The notes under the pieces were generated by a model. It did not search any database, was not told the origin of the DNA, and worked only from the letters and a program-made list of their open reading frames with translations. A DNA stretch of 63,000 nt, the filler included, from Choristocarpus tenellus KU-1152 (Eukaryota; Protista; Phaeophyceae): assembly GCA_964200185.2 (NCBI GenBank). It is 9 parts of 9 records of this genome, joined end to end, with 100 filler letters (N's around TTAATTAATTAA, not from the genome) between each part and the next. Parts side by side here need not be neighbours in the genome. Positions count along the whole stretch, not along the records: positions 1 to 12,215 come from CAXNAD020001919.1; positions 12,316 to 21,197 come from CAXNAD020004228.1; 7 more parts are not named here. One strand, given 5' to 3'. The translations under genes were made by a program, and so were the position numbers. Positions 1-13,881 of this stretch are shown here, piece after piece. The first letter of the stretch is position 1, and each line of letters starts with the position of its first letter.

Positions 1-1216
1 GGTTTGTTGGATTTTTTTTTTTTTTTTGAGACTTTATTTATTTTTTGGGGGGGGGGAGATAGTAATGAAATACAATTGTGATGAGTTGCATAGACATTCG
101 ACCGGTGGGGGAGATGAAATAGAGGTAAGGGTTAGGGTTATGTAAGGGTGGCACCATGGAAGAGGATGTCTCTGGAGAAACCTGTGTGTAGTTAGGGTTA
201 GGGTTAGGGTTAGAGACTTCTCGATATGTGTGGAGGTAAGATACTTGATTCTACACTCTGAACCTTAGGTTCTTCCGTCTACTTTGAGACCAGGTCAACC
301 CGGATTTGCTCTGGCAGCATGTAGACCTTATGAAAGATTCTTAGAAGGCAGGGTGGTAAGGAATTGTGGTGCTTGACTCCTCGGGGTGGTTTGTTGGCCT
401 AGCTCTTGGGTGGTAATCATTTGCATGGGGTACACCAGAAGGTGAAGGGTTAGGGTTAGGGTTTGGGTTTGGGTTGGTATTTGCTCCTCTATTTTGATGG
501 TTGCTTGATATGTGAATGAACCATACAAAGTGAATAGTAAGTATTTTTCATTATTTTTCCTTTTTTTTAGTACTTTTATGCTGTCCTCTGCATGAAGATG
601 TTGAGATGAGTTTCGACTATATACCAAGGCGTTACTTCAGTGCATGGGTTTACTTCACTGCCTTGGTAGTTCAGTGGTCTCTCATTGTCTTCTAATTGTC
701 AGAGAGTTCATAGGTTCAATCCCTGACTAAGCTGTTTTTTTTTATAGGATGAAAGGATGATTAGGGAGTAGGCTGGAATGTGTGTGGGTGAATGAACCAA
801 AGGTTTGGGCAAGCAGTGCCCTGTTGTCTGGTGGTGTTGACCGGTTGTGTTGAAATGTTGACATAAGCCATAGACATTCCATGGTTCTTCTGTCGGAGAC
901 ATCAGTCTCAATACTGCGCTTACTTCTCAAGATGTTGACCATAGCAATATTAATTTATTTTTATTAGTTTTAACTCTTATTTGGAAGTGTGTACATACAT
1001 ATATATCAATAAATATAAATATATATATGGAACTACTATTCGTATGTCCCCTAACCCTAACCCTACCCATATCATCCCACTCCCTCTGTTCTAGGGCTTC
1101 GAAGTGTTTAGGATTATATGTGTACCCTAACCCTAAGTGTATATGATTAGATGTAGCCCAAGCCCTTCTGGTTACTAATTCCATGGAGTAACTGATAGGT
1201 ACTGTCGCCCTGATAG

Positions 1217-3645
1217 GTATGGGTGAAGTACCACCTCAAGACAGACCAAGGCATCCTCAACCTACCTGCTGACTTGGCGGGTGAACTGGAGTCCTCAGAC
1301 CCTGATTATGCCATCAGGGACCTGTACAATGCCATTGCTGAGGGAAACAATCCAAGCTGGACTGTGTACATCCAGGTACATGGGTAGAAGTGTGTATGTG
1401 TGTGTACACTGATACTATGCAGCTCTCATATATGCAGTATGGTTGTATGGGACACTTCAGAGGTCAGGGTTAGGGTTTGTAATAATTTTGTATGGGTTTA
1501 TTATAGAGAATGCATGGCGAGTGTAAGCCTGTCTAGAGTTGGTGTGACTACCTTCTTTGGTGTTTGATTTGGTAGTTGCATGGATGTTGTGGTACCTTTT
1601 CATTTTATTTACATTTTTTTAAATTTGAAATTGTACTGACTCTTTTTTTCTTTTTTCTGTTCGCTTGTTTTGTTCTACTTTTTTATTTACTTGAGTGTAG
1701 TCATTTCCTTAGTTTAGATACACCTCGAGGTTTTACCTGTTTGCTGTCAGGGTTAGGGTTAGTGTCGTGTCAGAAGGGTTGTAGAAGGTTGTCTCAATTT
1801 GATTATTATTATTATTATTATTATTATCATTATTGAATTCGTTGAGTGTTTCTTAATTGATAATTGTCAATGAGTGTATTGTATTGAATACCTCATGCAT
1901 GTGGGTAGACAGGTAGTGAAGGAAGTGAAGAGGGAGTGCTCTCGTTAAATTGTAATGCAAAAGCAGGTAGTGCTTCATCTTGGATGTAATGCAATGCATG
2001 CAGCAGGCATTTGTTTTCCCTATCCTATCCTATCCTCTCAGTATCTGATACTTGGTTGATATTTAAATGTGATGAGTCATTTCTCATCATAGCTCTTGGT
2101 CTGTAAACCGAAAACACATTTAAATAGTACCTTTGAGTCCTTAATGTTCTTCTCTAGGCATCCTATCCTATCCTATTCTATCCTATCCCATCCTATCCTA
2201 TCCAATGTTCACCTTGTCACCTCTTTTTTTAAATTTGTTTTGAAGGTGATGACCTCGGAGGAGGCTACTCGCAGCTCTTTCAACCCATTCGATGTTACCA
2301 AGGTCTGGCCCCACGATGCCTACCCTCTGAGGTGAGCTTGTTGGTTGTGTCCATGTTTGTTCTAGTTTTTTATTTTTATTTTTATTTTGGTGGGTGTTTC
2401 ATCTACATTGGCTATGTAGCTTGTTTAAAGGATACATGCGTCTATGTGTGTGCTTAAATTGTAGTGTTCCAATGTATCATAATAAAACATTTTGGTGAGT
2501 GATTTTTTTAATTGTTATGTTTTGGTTATTGTTCATGTAACTGTAACTGTGTATCACTATAATCTCTTTTTTGAAAGTTGTTTCGTGATATTTTTTTTCC
2601 CAAGGGAATGTTGTGTTGTTAGCGAATAGGAGGAAGGCGTTTGTGGTATAGTATACTAGTGCGTGATATGGTTGGGTTGTCAATGATTTTATCATTACTC
2701 TAGCGGACCAATCAATCGAAAATGTTTCTTTTTTTAGTCACAATTAATCCAACGTAAAAAAAATGAGTTTTTTTAAAGAATTTTTAAAGGTTTTTTAAAA
2801 GGTTATCATGCATGTGTGTAGCCTCTGGTTGAAGATACTCTCTCCACTTGATTCTTGCATGCACGATTTGAATATTATTATTATTTGAATATTATTATTA
2901 TTGTTGTTGAGTATATTGCTATTGGTAAATGCTTGATTTTGAATTGCACCTCAATGCAGAATATACTTGTTGAAATCAATTTATATTTGTTTTTTCCTTA
3001 AACCTATTGCTAAGAAGAGCAAGTATGTTTTCAAGGATTTTTTTTTTTGTGAGATTGTCTTAGTAGATACGTCTCTAGTAAACAACGTTCAAGATTTTTT
3101 TAAAAAAGTTCTGAAAAAGATCGTTGCATGTATAGTGGAAGGGTTACGGGGTAAAAATAATAAAACCCCCCCACAATAATTGTGGGGTATTCAATTTAAC
3201 TGGGAGTCATCAAGTTCAGCTGTTCTGGATATATCAGGAAAAAACCCACCTTGAGAAGCATTATAAACTTCCTTGTTAATTAAATTGTTAATCTTCAACC
3301 TTTTTTTGTTTTGGAGAAAAAAATCAGCTTCTTGTTTGTTTTGAAGTAATATTTTGAATAGAGGAAGAGTTAGGGGCCATGTGAAAGTGTTTTCAGAAAG
3401 TTTAGAATTTGAAATCCTGCCTATTATCAGAACAATTTAGAATCAAGTCGCTGTCATAATTTCTGTCATCCCAGTCCTATTATCCAATTATCCTGATTAT
3501 CTTGACCTCAACCCCATCTCTGCCTGTACCCCTCCTGACTTTGCCCAAGTTCCCCAAACAATTTTATTTTTATCCTGTACTTTTATTTTTTTTTCTACTG
3601 CCACAATTCCCTCCCCGCCCCCCCCCCCCCCTTTTTTTCCTGTAT

Positions 3646-3704
<59 letters not shown>

Positions 3705-5642
3705 CTACTGCCACAATTCCCTCCCCGCCCCCGCCCCCCATTTGTTTCCCTGTATTCTTTTTATTTTATTTTATTTTTTATGCTTGTGCTTGTGCTTGTG
3801 TGTGTGTGTGTGTTGTGTGTTGTGTACAGGGAGGTGGGGCGTATGACACTCAACCGCAACCCTTCGAACTACTTTGCTGAGGTGGAACAGATGGCATATG
3901 CCCCTTCCAATATGATCCCTGGGATCGAGCCCTCTCCGGACAAGATGCTTCAGGTACTAGTCACGATTTTATTTTATTTTGTTTTATTTTTTAAATATTG
4001 ATAAATATGAATGTGGTACACACAATTTGTTTTCAGTGTGGAATTGAATTGTTTTTGTGTTCCTTGTTTTTTTCAGTTGTTGTTAATTGATTTCCTTGCT
4101 TTTGGTGTTCTCATGTGTTCGGAGGCGTTGCTTGTTGGCTTGTACCTTCACCCTGTGCCTGGAATGGACACTATGTTATACCTTGATTGTGGTAACGTGA
4201 TATCCATATAGGCTAGTACGGTTCATTGGTATTGCTATGTAGTCTGTACTACTATTTTATTTAGAGATAGTCTCTCCCACATCAGATGTCAGGTATCAAG
4301 TATCCTCATCTCATCAATCTGTAAATGTTGTACTATATGGATAGTAGTACTTTATTCAGTACTTAGTACTTTGCATGTACTTTTTTGGAGTAGTACAGGC
4401 TAGTAGATGTTTTAAAACAATTCAGGACTATGTAGAGAGTGGCTGCACTAGGTACAGGGGAAGCATGTGAAGTAATCTGAGGTTAGTGAAATATAAGTAG
4501 TGAGTGTGAGTATTTGGAAAGGGAATACGTGTAGAAAGCCGAGCCTTGGCAAGGATTGAAGTTACAGTTAATTAGTTGGAGGGTAGATGAGTTAAATATG
4601 GGATGACTGGGAGGCAGATCGTGTTATTCAGAGGGTAACGGCAATTGGGGTGGGTAGGTGGAGATTTAAAGTAGGAAGGACTGAGGCAGAATAAAAGATA
4701 AGATTCAAGGGACAGCATTTGTTGAGATCAAGTCTACCTCCAACCAGTTCTTATCGTCCTCTCACCTTCCCTCTTGATTGCTCACGAATGAGTGGGATGT
4801 TTGGGGGGGGGAGGGGGAGGGGGAGCTCAAGTTCAGATGTGGTAGATGTCTTCTAGTTGAAAGGAACAATGTGTTGAAGGGGGTGAGTGGTGGGTGTCCT
4901 TGGATGAAGGGGGTGTGATGGAGGGTGTTGTAGTGGATTCACAGAAATTGACTGCATTGGTTAGGGTTAGGGTTAGGGTTGTTAAGTGGAAACCAGTGGC
5001 GAAGATTGGTGATAGTGTTAGGGTTGGTCGTTGGATATTCAGGATTGGCCACGTAGTGTGTGCAGTAACAAGAGTAGTGTGTGGAGGGAAGGAAGAAGTG
5101 ATGCTGCATTGGTTGAGGAGGAGGAGAGTGGATGAGAAGGTATGATGAGGCTATTTAACTAATCCAGAATTTGTGAGCAAAGATATAGAGCACTTCTCAG
5201 TAGAGTTGATACTATATGGAAGGCGATCACAACTTGCTATATATTCTCTGTGCTTTTGCCATAGTATCAAAACAGATTCATCAATCAACATTCTATTAAA
5301 ATTATATATTGTACCAAGTGTACCCACCCATGGCTATTTTTCTTACTGTTTTTGTTCATGATAACTCGACTGAAAAGGTCCTTTTATAATAAGGTGCTTT
5401 TAACAGTCGTTAGTGAGTATTTTTAGTATTTTTACCTCCCAGACTCTCTGGTTGGAATTATAGTGTAAGGTTGTATGGAGCACCACCTTCAGCCAGTGGT
5501 CCTTTTGCCTAGTCACTGATTTTGTATTGTGCATGGCGATGATTTTTATTTTTATGGACTTTGACTTTGGGTCCTCTCAGATATTTCCACTTTTGGCTGT
5601 ATAGGGTTAGGGTTGGGCTATTTCCTTATATCCACAATTTCC

Positions 5643-5682
<40 letters not shown>

Positions 5683-8485
5683 TTGATGATGCTGCTGCTG
5701 TATGTATTAATGCATGTATGTTTTTATGGAGCAGGGGCGACTGTTCTCATACAATGATACCCACCGACACCGTCTTGGTGCTAACTATGAACAGCTTTCT
5801 GTGAATCGACCTTTCAACTCATCCGTCTCCGTCTACTCAAGGGATGGTATGTGTGGGAGGGACCGTTAAGATGTAGCTCATAGTTGGGCAATTTTAACTT
5901 GTCTGTCAGATATGCACTACGTTCATAGAATTACACTAGAGCAAGGATCGAATATTTATTTAGTTCCTGAAGCATGTTTTTTAGATTAAGCATATAAATA
6001 ACTCAGAATAATGCGACACATAAAAAGTTTTAAAAACATTTCGAATAGATTCAAATCAAACTTAGGGTTAGGGTTAGTTCGGTGCTAGGTGTGTTCTTGC
6101 GGAGAGTACCTTGGTACTGTGTACTGTGTACTGTGTACTGCATATATATGTGTGTATGTATGGTGTAGTTTCATGATTAGTAGGGTAGAGTGAAGGCCTT
6201 GTTAATGGAACACCCCAAATAGGAGTTGGATTGGTGGGAGGGGGATGGATGGGATGTATCTGAAGGAAGGCGGAGGAAGGTATGATGTCTTGGTGTGTTC
6301 ATCGCCTGAGATACGCTGGAACTTGGGCGCTGTATTTTAGTCTTTAGAATGTTCTTGAATGTTCTTGAATGTTCTTGGAAAATCTCTGTCGCTAGTGGTG
6401 TGGAATCAAGTAGTTGGGAAGTGGAGAGTAGGTTTATATGTATAGACCGTCCTGACTGATTTTAGGATTAGATGGGTGGATATATTTGTTGTGTGCAATC
6501 TTTTGAAAGCATGCTGTGTTGAACGATAGATACTCTAATGCCAGTAGTCATCGCATCCCACATTATAGGAACACCACAGCAGATTAAAAAAATAAAATAA
6601 AAATGAGTTGAATGGTTTTCAGTCTTGACGGCGGTATGGGGTAACAAGACATACTGGTATCATACATGTGTATGTGTATGTACCTGTATTTGTATTTGTA
6701 GTCTCTTACACTTTATCCAGGAGTGGGTGAATCTCCATACAGTTCTGCTGCTAAGTGATGTATTCCAAGAAATTGTTGGAGAAAGGTCAGGAATTTACTT
6801 AACTGTTTTGGTTTTTGCCTGGCTCAGGAGAGTGTTATCAAGATTTGAAGGAGGCCTTTACATTAATATTTTTATTCTTCGACGATCTGTCAACAACCGG
6901 TTAATATTTTTAATCTGTTTTAGTTTTAGTTTTAGTTTTATTGACAGTTAGGTACAAAGAGAACAGTATTGAGCCAAAATATCTTGGGGGGGGTGGCGGC
7001 TTTCCATTTGGGGCCAATTTTTTCATGTCACGATTTTTGTGTGATTTGGTTGCATACTTCGGATGGATAATGTAAATGCGCTTTTCCTGGTTATGGCCCA
7101 GATGGACACCCTAGTGTAGTCCCTCCCCCCCCCAGATACTTTGGGTCATTATTAACAGTATGCACTGGTAATTAATTAATAGCATACTCATATATATATA
7201 TATGTCTGTATGTGTATATATAGTACACACCAACGTGATTCTTTTTTTTGTAATGGCAATGGTGTTGCTGGGTGTACCTCAGGGGTCATTGTCCGTCATA
7301 TTTGGTGAACATCACATCACTGAATGTTTGGTTTTTGTACAGGATTGAATAATAATAATATTTTTTCTATCTTCCTCTCGGGGCTGCTTGCTCTCTCATG
7401 CACAAAAACAAAAACACATGCAGGACCCATGAGATTGGACACAAACATGGCTGGAACTCCCAACTACTTCCCCAACAGCTTCTCTGGACCCCAGCCTCTG
7501 GCAGATGCCTCCCACACTACGTGGAAGACTGTCACTGTATCAGGGGAAGCTGGTCGCTATCCCACTGGAGAGGATGACAACTTCTCCCAGGTTTGCTTTT
7601 TTGTTTATTCCTTGAGATGAGTTAATAATTAAGAGCTTTTTTAAAAAAAAATGTGTGATTTGAAAGAACAATGAGTTGTTTGTTGGTTGGTCATATTGCA
7701 ACGGCCGAACTTTTTCAAAGTATATATTTTTTTTCTCTTCAGTGTATTTTATTTTATTGTGTTGTTGTATACTGAGCGCAGTAAACAGGTTTTGATGAGA
7801 GAGAGCAAAATTGTGTGAATTGTAGGTGTCCATTTTTTCTGTTAAGGTTAGGGGTTTTTTATCGTCTTGTGATAAGTGTTTAAAAAACTGACCCTTGCCC
7901 CTCACTTGACAAGGTGATGAGAGATTATCACCAGGTATTTTAGGTCTATTTATTTCATACATTGCCTCTGTTTGCTGATGAGCTTTTTTTTTATTATACG
8001 ATACACTACACATTGTATTATAATATAAAATAATATTTTTTTTATGTGGATTTTTTAAAATATTATTGTCACTGTGTCTGCCCAGGGTAGAGTCTCCACT
8101 ATTGATCCTACTTGTGGGGGTTGATTACTGTTAATTGTTGATGGTAAACCAATGGGGTTACATTGTGAATCAACCTCAAAACTCCCAATAAAGATGTTCT
8201 TGGAATGTTTAACCACTGGTACATGCTGTAAGAAAATGGAACTCAAGATAGGAAGGGTTCTGAGGTTTGGTGCTTACTCATATTTAGTTTTTATTTTTAT
8301 TACAAATTTTCATGTGATCACAATTTGGAAAGATCTGAAGTCTGATAGTACCTTTATTTGTCAATGTAGGTAGAGTTCACCCTCAGTACCTCATTTAGCA
8401 CCACAACCCTCATCCTTCAACTTCAATGCACCCTGTCCCATCAATTTGGCTATACCTGTAGCTCTATCTCTGGCGTTTTCTTGGG

Positions 8486-8517
<32 letters not shown>

Positions 8518-11500
8518 ATGTATGACATCACACTTCTGTGTGGGCTATTCAATTCTTGTTCATTATTCTTTTATTTTTTTATTGTGTGCTTTCTGTTCTG
8601 AAGTTGGTGAGTCAAGAGTGTCCCATCGTACGTTTTGTTGTTAGGAGATGGTCACTCTTCCCAAGGTAAAAAAAGAGGACTTTTATTTTTGTTCTACTTT
8701 CTAATGTCTTATTTTTTGTACAGCTGAATGCACTGTCGCGATTCTTTCATCGTTTGAGAGTAGGGAGTCACAGAAAATGTGAGAAATTTTATTTTGTAAT
8801 AAACTTTTTTTATATACTGTATTACCGTTCTGAGAATCTTTTTCTGGTGCATGTTGGAGTTGGTTAAGAGTAGTACCCGGTGAAGTGCAATCAATTCGTT
8901 TGCTTCAACGAAAGTCATTATACATATATATACATCAGAGAATGTAAGAATGCACACAAATACATACATATATATATAATACATACATCAGAGAATGTAA
9001 AAATGCACACATATACATACATATATATAATATATACATCAGAGAATGTAAGAATGCACACATATACATACATATATATATATAATACATACATCAGAGA
9101 ATGTAAAAATGCACACAAATACATACATATATATATAATACATACATCAGAGAATGTAAAAATGCACACATATACATACATATATATATAATACATACAT
9201 CAGAGAATGTAAGAATGCACACAAATACATATGTACACATTTTTCTTCTACCCAGAGGAAATTTTGTTAAACTGTGTTAACCCTAACCCTCTTAGACATG
9301 GTGGCATGGTGCCCCAGTTCTCATCCCCCTCTAATAGCGTTTCTCACACACCAATGGCTTTTGATGATATTTTTTTGTAATTTGTTGGTTGCTTCTGCTC
9401 TCACCCCTTCCCTAACCCTTGTGTCAATGTGTTGTGTATTGTTGTGAGTAGTGTGGTGACTTCTTCCGGAAGACTCTATGTGCCGATGCTCGAGAACGCC
9501 TGACTGACAACATTGCTGGGGCGATGGTGAGTAAGGCGTTGTTTCTGCTGACGTTTTTTTATGTTTCTTAATAGGTCGTTTCCTGTCTGCAAATAACTTT
9601 GTGGTACATTTACCACGTGAGAAACAAAGAGTTGTTAGGATTGCGGGGATACTTTTGTATATTTTGATAAATCTGATTGAATTTGAATAGCAGGAACTCT
9701 GGTTTGTTCGTTGTTGTGTATTTGGAGAGTTGCAGAATAGTTTATTGTGATTTATGCTTATATTTTGTTCTGCAGTTTGTAGTTACTGTTCTTGGTTCTC
9801 GATGTGATTGTTTTCATTACAGTGTATTGTATATATTGACTCGTGTGGGTATATATTGTAGGGGCGGTTTTGTTGATAAATTTGGATTTAGTTTTTAGAA
9901 TACGGTTTATATTTTTTTATCGTTTTGTAATTTTTTGCTGTATTTATTGTTTCATTTTTGACGGCATCAAGCTCAGGGATATTACTACCTCTTTGTCTTA
10001 GGTTAGTGACTCCAATATTATGTTGACTGGTGAACTAGTAGTATTATACTGTCACAATCCCCATTCTAAACGTTATAATAATAGTATCAACGATACCTTT
10101 GTTCTAGTAGTGGTACATAGTAGTGTACATGATTTTTTTTGTTAGAAAATAAAGTAGAACACTCACTGTCCATTTCTTTTTTATTCTTACTGTACTCCTC
10201 TTCATACCCATCATAATCTTGCTATTTTATGCAGAGACCTCTATGAGAAAATGTTACTAAGTAAATTCCTACACAATCCCAGTCTCAAGGTTCCCCTCCC
10301 TCCCTCCTCCCCCCCCCCACCACCTGATCTGCACTAATGTGTTTATATATTGGAGTAGGCTGGAGCACAGGAGTTTATCCAGAAGAGAGCGATTGCCAAC
10401 TTTGCTGCTGCAGATGCAGATTACGGACGCATGATTGCTCAAAAGGTGCATTGCAAGGGGGATTTTTAGTCATGGAGTCTTGAGTTCCCTGAGAGAGAGG
10501 GTAATAGTTTAAAGTGTCTAAAAAAAAAAGGGCGATTTTTGCTGTGTTTTATGGTGGGTTTAGGGGTTCATGTTTTCAATTATTGAGGTATATCTCTCCC
10601 ACTGCAGCAGACAGATAGCTGAGCTACAGCTTTCTGTCATCCAATGGGTCCGTGTCATACCTCAACATGACAAAGTCAGATGCTGGAGAGTTGGGTTGGC
10701 ACAATCTGTGGTTTGTATCTATGTATCATGCCACGACTAAGGTGGTCTATAGCAGTGGTCTCAAGTTTCAAGTTTTTGCTCGGACCCGTTCATTGCTGGA
10801 GCCCTTTCTCACTCTTGTTTCCATCCCCCCCTGGTTTAGGGGTCGATGAAAGTGGTCCAGCCCATTTTTGGTTACCACTTCCTCTGAAAAAAAATATTAT
10901 CTGGAGGTACTGGTGTTGATTCACAAGGGGAGGGGAGACAGTTGTCGCTGCTTTGTGTAAAATGGAAGAGTGTTAGGGTTCAAGTCGGTAAGGGTACTGT
11001 TGCAGAATCTGAACCTTTTTTTTTAGTTGTTTGATGATTGTGAAGATATTGGGTATGTATTATGTGTTTTCTTCTTTGGGTGTAGTGTGCTGTAAAAAAC
11101 ATAAAAGTCTGAGCCATGAGTTGTGTCTGGTCTATTTTTTGGGGGGGGGAAGGGGGGGCAATGGATTTTTTTATTTTATTCATCACACTGAATAATTGTA
11201 TTGTCCCAATGGGTGAGCTTATTAATAAAAAAAATCTTGTCAGTTGTTGGTTAGGAAGGTGTGCCTTGGCAGAGCAACAGCTGGAATGGCCGGTAGATTA
11301 TTGGTTTATCTGTAGGTGAAGACAGGTTGCCTATTGGAGTACTTGATTGGAGAATGATTAGAAATTGTACAACACTACAACTCAACCCAGTCCAGGCTGC
11401 CAGTCCCATACTCTCTGCCTCCACTTCCTTTTGCGAACAACTCTAACACAGCTTAACTCTTCCTGTGTGTGACCACTCACCAGCAAGGTTATCTTTCCCA

Positions 11501-11771
11501 TTGAAACAATCCATCTGGTGACACAATTTGTTTTGGTGGTAGAGTTGGAGAGTTTCATGCATGACAAGAAGAATTGTGGTCCCTTGTTGCCTGTGCTCTA
11601 ATCCCCCCCCTTCCCCCCCTCCCTCACTCGCCCTTGTGCCAACCACAGGTCCAGAAGATCAACAACAGCACCAGCACCTCACGTCCGAAGCCTAAGCCCA
11701 AGCCTCTGAATCCTCCTCGTACCATTCCCAAGGCTTACTCTGGGCAGGCCAAGGACCAGTCTAACCTATAA
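1217..11771 (+). CDS. CAT: Monofunctional heme catalase (clade 3-like), 3' eight exons; 5' part outside window
   Basis: Exons 1217-1375, 2246-2331, 3830-3953, 5735-5846, 7424-7590, 9452-9526, 10359-10445 and 11649-11771 are all AG/GT bounded and phase-compatible. The spliced product reads [12 protein letters not shown]...[13 protein letters not shown]...[11 protein letters not shown]...[50 protein letters not shown]...PNYFPNSF...QSNL*. RLFSY contains the proximal heme-ligand Tyr of catalases. Confidence 0.97.
3575..3760. repeat. Imperfect tandem duplication (TTTTCTACTGCCACAATTCCCTCCCCGCCCCC) around a long poly-T tract in a catalase intron
   Basis: The same ~32-nt motif occurs at ~3591 and ~3701, separated by poly-C and a >50-nt T run. 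Confidence 0.85.
5644..5700. repeat. (GCT)n/(GAT)n microsatellite just upstream of the catalase exon at 5735
   Basis: Direct reading of the sequence. Confidence 0.9.
6971..7147. mobile_element. MITE family B (~180 bp), in a catalase intron
   Basis: TIR GAGCCAAAATATCT-polyG ... polyC-AGATACTTTGGGTC. The internal sequence is shared with copies at 19239 and 49495. Confidence 0.85.
8931..9236. repeat. Minisatellite, 6 copies of a ~52-bp unit (TACATCAGAGAATGTAARAATGCACACA..(TA)n)
   Basis: The unit starts near 8931, 8983, 9034, 9089, 9142 and 9196. It lies in an intron. Confidence 0.95.
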
Positions 11772-12215
11772 TACTATTGAATGCAGGTTGCAGGATGCTG
11801 GAGACTCCCCCTCCCCCACCCCACACCCCCCAGGCATCAAGCACCATTGTGCAGCTGGTCAATGTGCTTACCATTTTTGCAGGAGGAGTGATACTTGTAA
11901 CGCATTGCTCGTGTAGAGTATCATGGCTGTGTGATTTGCTTATCTGATTGAGTGTTGGTCCACTCCTTTCACTGGTTTTCCATTTTCTTTTTGCGTGTTT
12001 TCCAATTTGGTGATGGTGATGATGATACACACACAGGCGTTATTTGTACGGGTAGCGGGTGGATGATGTAGTGAGATTTGCCATGTCCAACTTGTGTGGT
12101 AGGTACACTTCAGTCTAGAAGTAGAGCTCGAAGGAGAGAGGGGAGTTGGGGGGGGGGGGAGGGGGGGGGGGGATAGAGGAGATAGGAGTGGAGGGGGGGG
12201 GGGGGAATGAAAAGC

Positions 12216-12315
12216 NNNNNNNNNNNNNNNNNNNNNNNNNNNNNNNNNNNNNNNNNNNNTTAATTAATTAANNNNNNNNNNNNNNNNNNNNNNNNNNNNN
12301 NNNNNNNNNNNNNNN
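12216..12315. other. Artificial contig linker N44-TTAATTAATTAA-N44 (also 21198-21297, 24414-24513, 28917-29016, 32813-32912, 43001-43100, 56848-56947, 59595-59694)
   Basis: Eight identical 100-bp spacers. The 12-mer carries stop codons in all six frames. Confidence 0.98.
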
Positions 12316-12389
12316 CGCTTTTTCTTGTCCGGGCCCAAAAGGAACCCCCTGGGGTGACCCCCCCCCCCCCCCCCCAGATACTTTGAGCC
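12316..12389. mobile_element. MITE family B, 3' end only (contig start)
   Basis: cgctttttctt...polyC-AGATACTTTGAGCC matches the right end of the 6971-7147 copy. Confidence 0.7.
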
Positions 12390-13538
12390 ATGGATGTCTG
12401 GATCTCCTGTGAGGGAAATTTTAAGTTTTACAGAACCCTGTGGTTCCAATTTCTAAACCTTGAATTCGAGTTCAGTTCACACCATTGAGAGGATGAAAGC
12501 AATCCTGCCAAGACAAACTTGTGCAGAGAGAGAACAATGAAGTCACCAGACATGTCTTGCCGTCAGTTCTGGTGGAATTTACAAAATTCCCTTCGGCATG
12601 ATAAAAGCAGATGGTAAGGACAAATGTAACTGTATATATGCCTGTTACTGCGACTTGAGGAAATCTTGTCAGCACTCAGAGTTATTTCCACCCCCCACTT
12701 TCGAACTATAGTGATCCAAACACTTTGCTCCTCATGTTATCCAAGAAACTGGCAATCTAGAGAGGAGGATGAACAAGAAGTGATACCCCTTTCTACAAGT
12801 AAGACTCATTATCCCCGAGGCACCACCAATCCAGAATCGTACAACAAAGTCAAATAAATTGAACAAAATGCTAGTATCTATTCAGCACTTGCAGTAAGAT
12901 GGACAATTTAACCAAATTTAACTGAGAGTACTGAAATGGCTGTGCATCCAGTTCCTGAGATCAATTATAACCTGATAGTATGTTGAATCACAGCAAAAAC
13001 ATATTGTCTACAGGTATCTTCCCGGGTAACTGATGCAGCATCCTCTGGATGAGAGGTTTACAAAATACAGTACTACGGTGACACTGACAATAAATTCACA
13101 TAGATACAAAATATTGTTTTCTTTTGTCATCAAACCCCTCTCCACCCCCTGTGATCTATGCCGATAGGTGGGAGAGCAGGTAGGAAATGCAGCAACACAC
13201 ATCAACCGGGTAAGAATGTTTGAGGTGTGGGGATCATTTTGTTTAGAAGGGATACAGTCTCTTTCCCTTATGCCACCTCTCCCCAACCGTTCAGTTATCA
13301 CAATGCTGTGAGTGTGTGTTGTATGTGTGTTCATGTGTGTCGTGATAGCCCTGACTGGAGCACACATCAGGTCAAAAATAGACACAATTGATACCAGCAT
13401 TATTGTTATTAATATCATTATTGCTAGTATTAATATAGATCATATTAATTGTATTGCCTATATCGTTTTTGTTGTTGGTAATGACAGTATGAAAACATTC
13501 ATGGGGTGGAAGAAGTTGCAGGGAAAATAAAACATCTT

Positions 13539-13881
13539 CTTGAATCCAATATGAGAGGGAAAGTGTCGTAGAAGGTGATACTCTTGATCATAAGTGGCCT
13601 CTGTGATTGTCTTCTAAATTTGATATTATGCGTGGGGTGGTGTACTCAGAAAAGGGAAATATCCTTGATCTTGACACAGCTTTTACATGCGCAGAATCCT
13701 GATGGGGGTCTCCTTGAATCCAATATGAGAGGCAAAGTGTCGTACAAGGTGGTACTCTTGATTATAAGTGACCTCTGTTATTGTCTTCTAAATTTGATAT
13801 TATGTGTGGGATGGTGTACTCAGAAAGGGAAATTTCCTTGATCTTGACACAGCTTTATGTGCGCAGAATCCTGATGGGGGT
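13539..13881. repeat. Two-copy tandem duplication, period 174 bp
   Basis: CTTGAATCCAATATGAGAGG...GCGCAGAATCCTGATGGGGG occurs at ~13539 and ~13713 with scattered substitutions. Confidence 0.92.

Noticed and set aside
8931-9236. CRISPR-like array
   Set aside because: The 'spacers' are near-identical TA-rich sequence, the context is a eukaryotic intron, and there are no cas genes.
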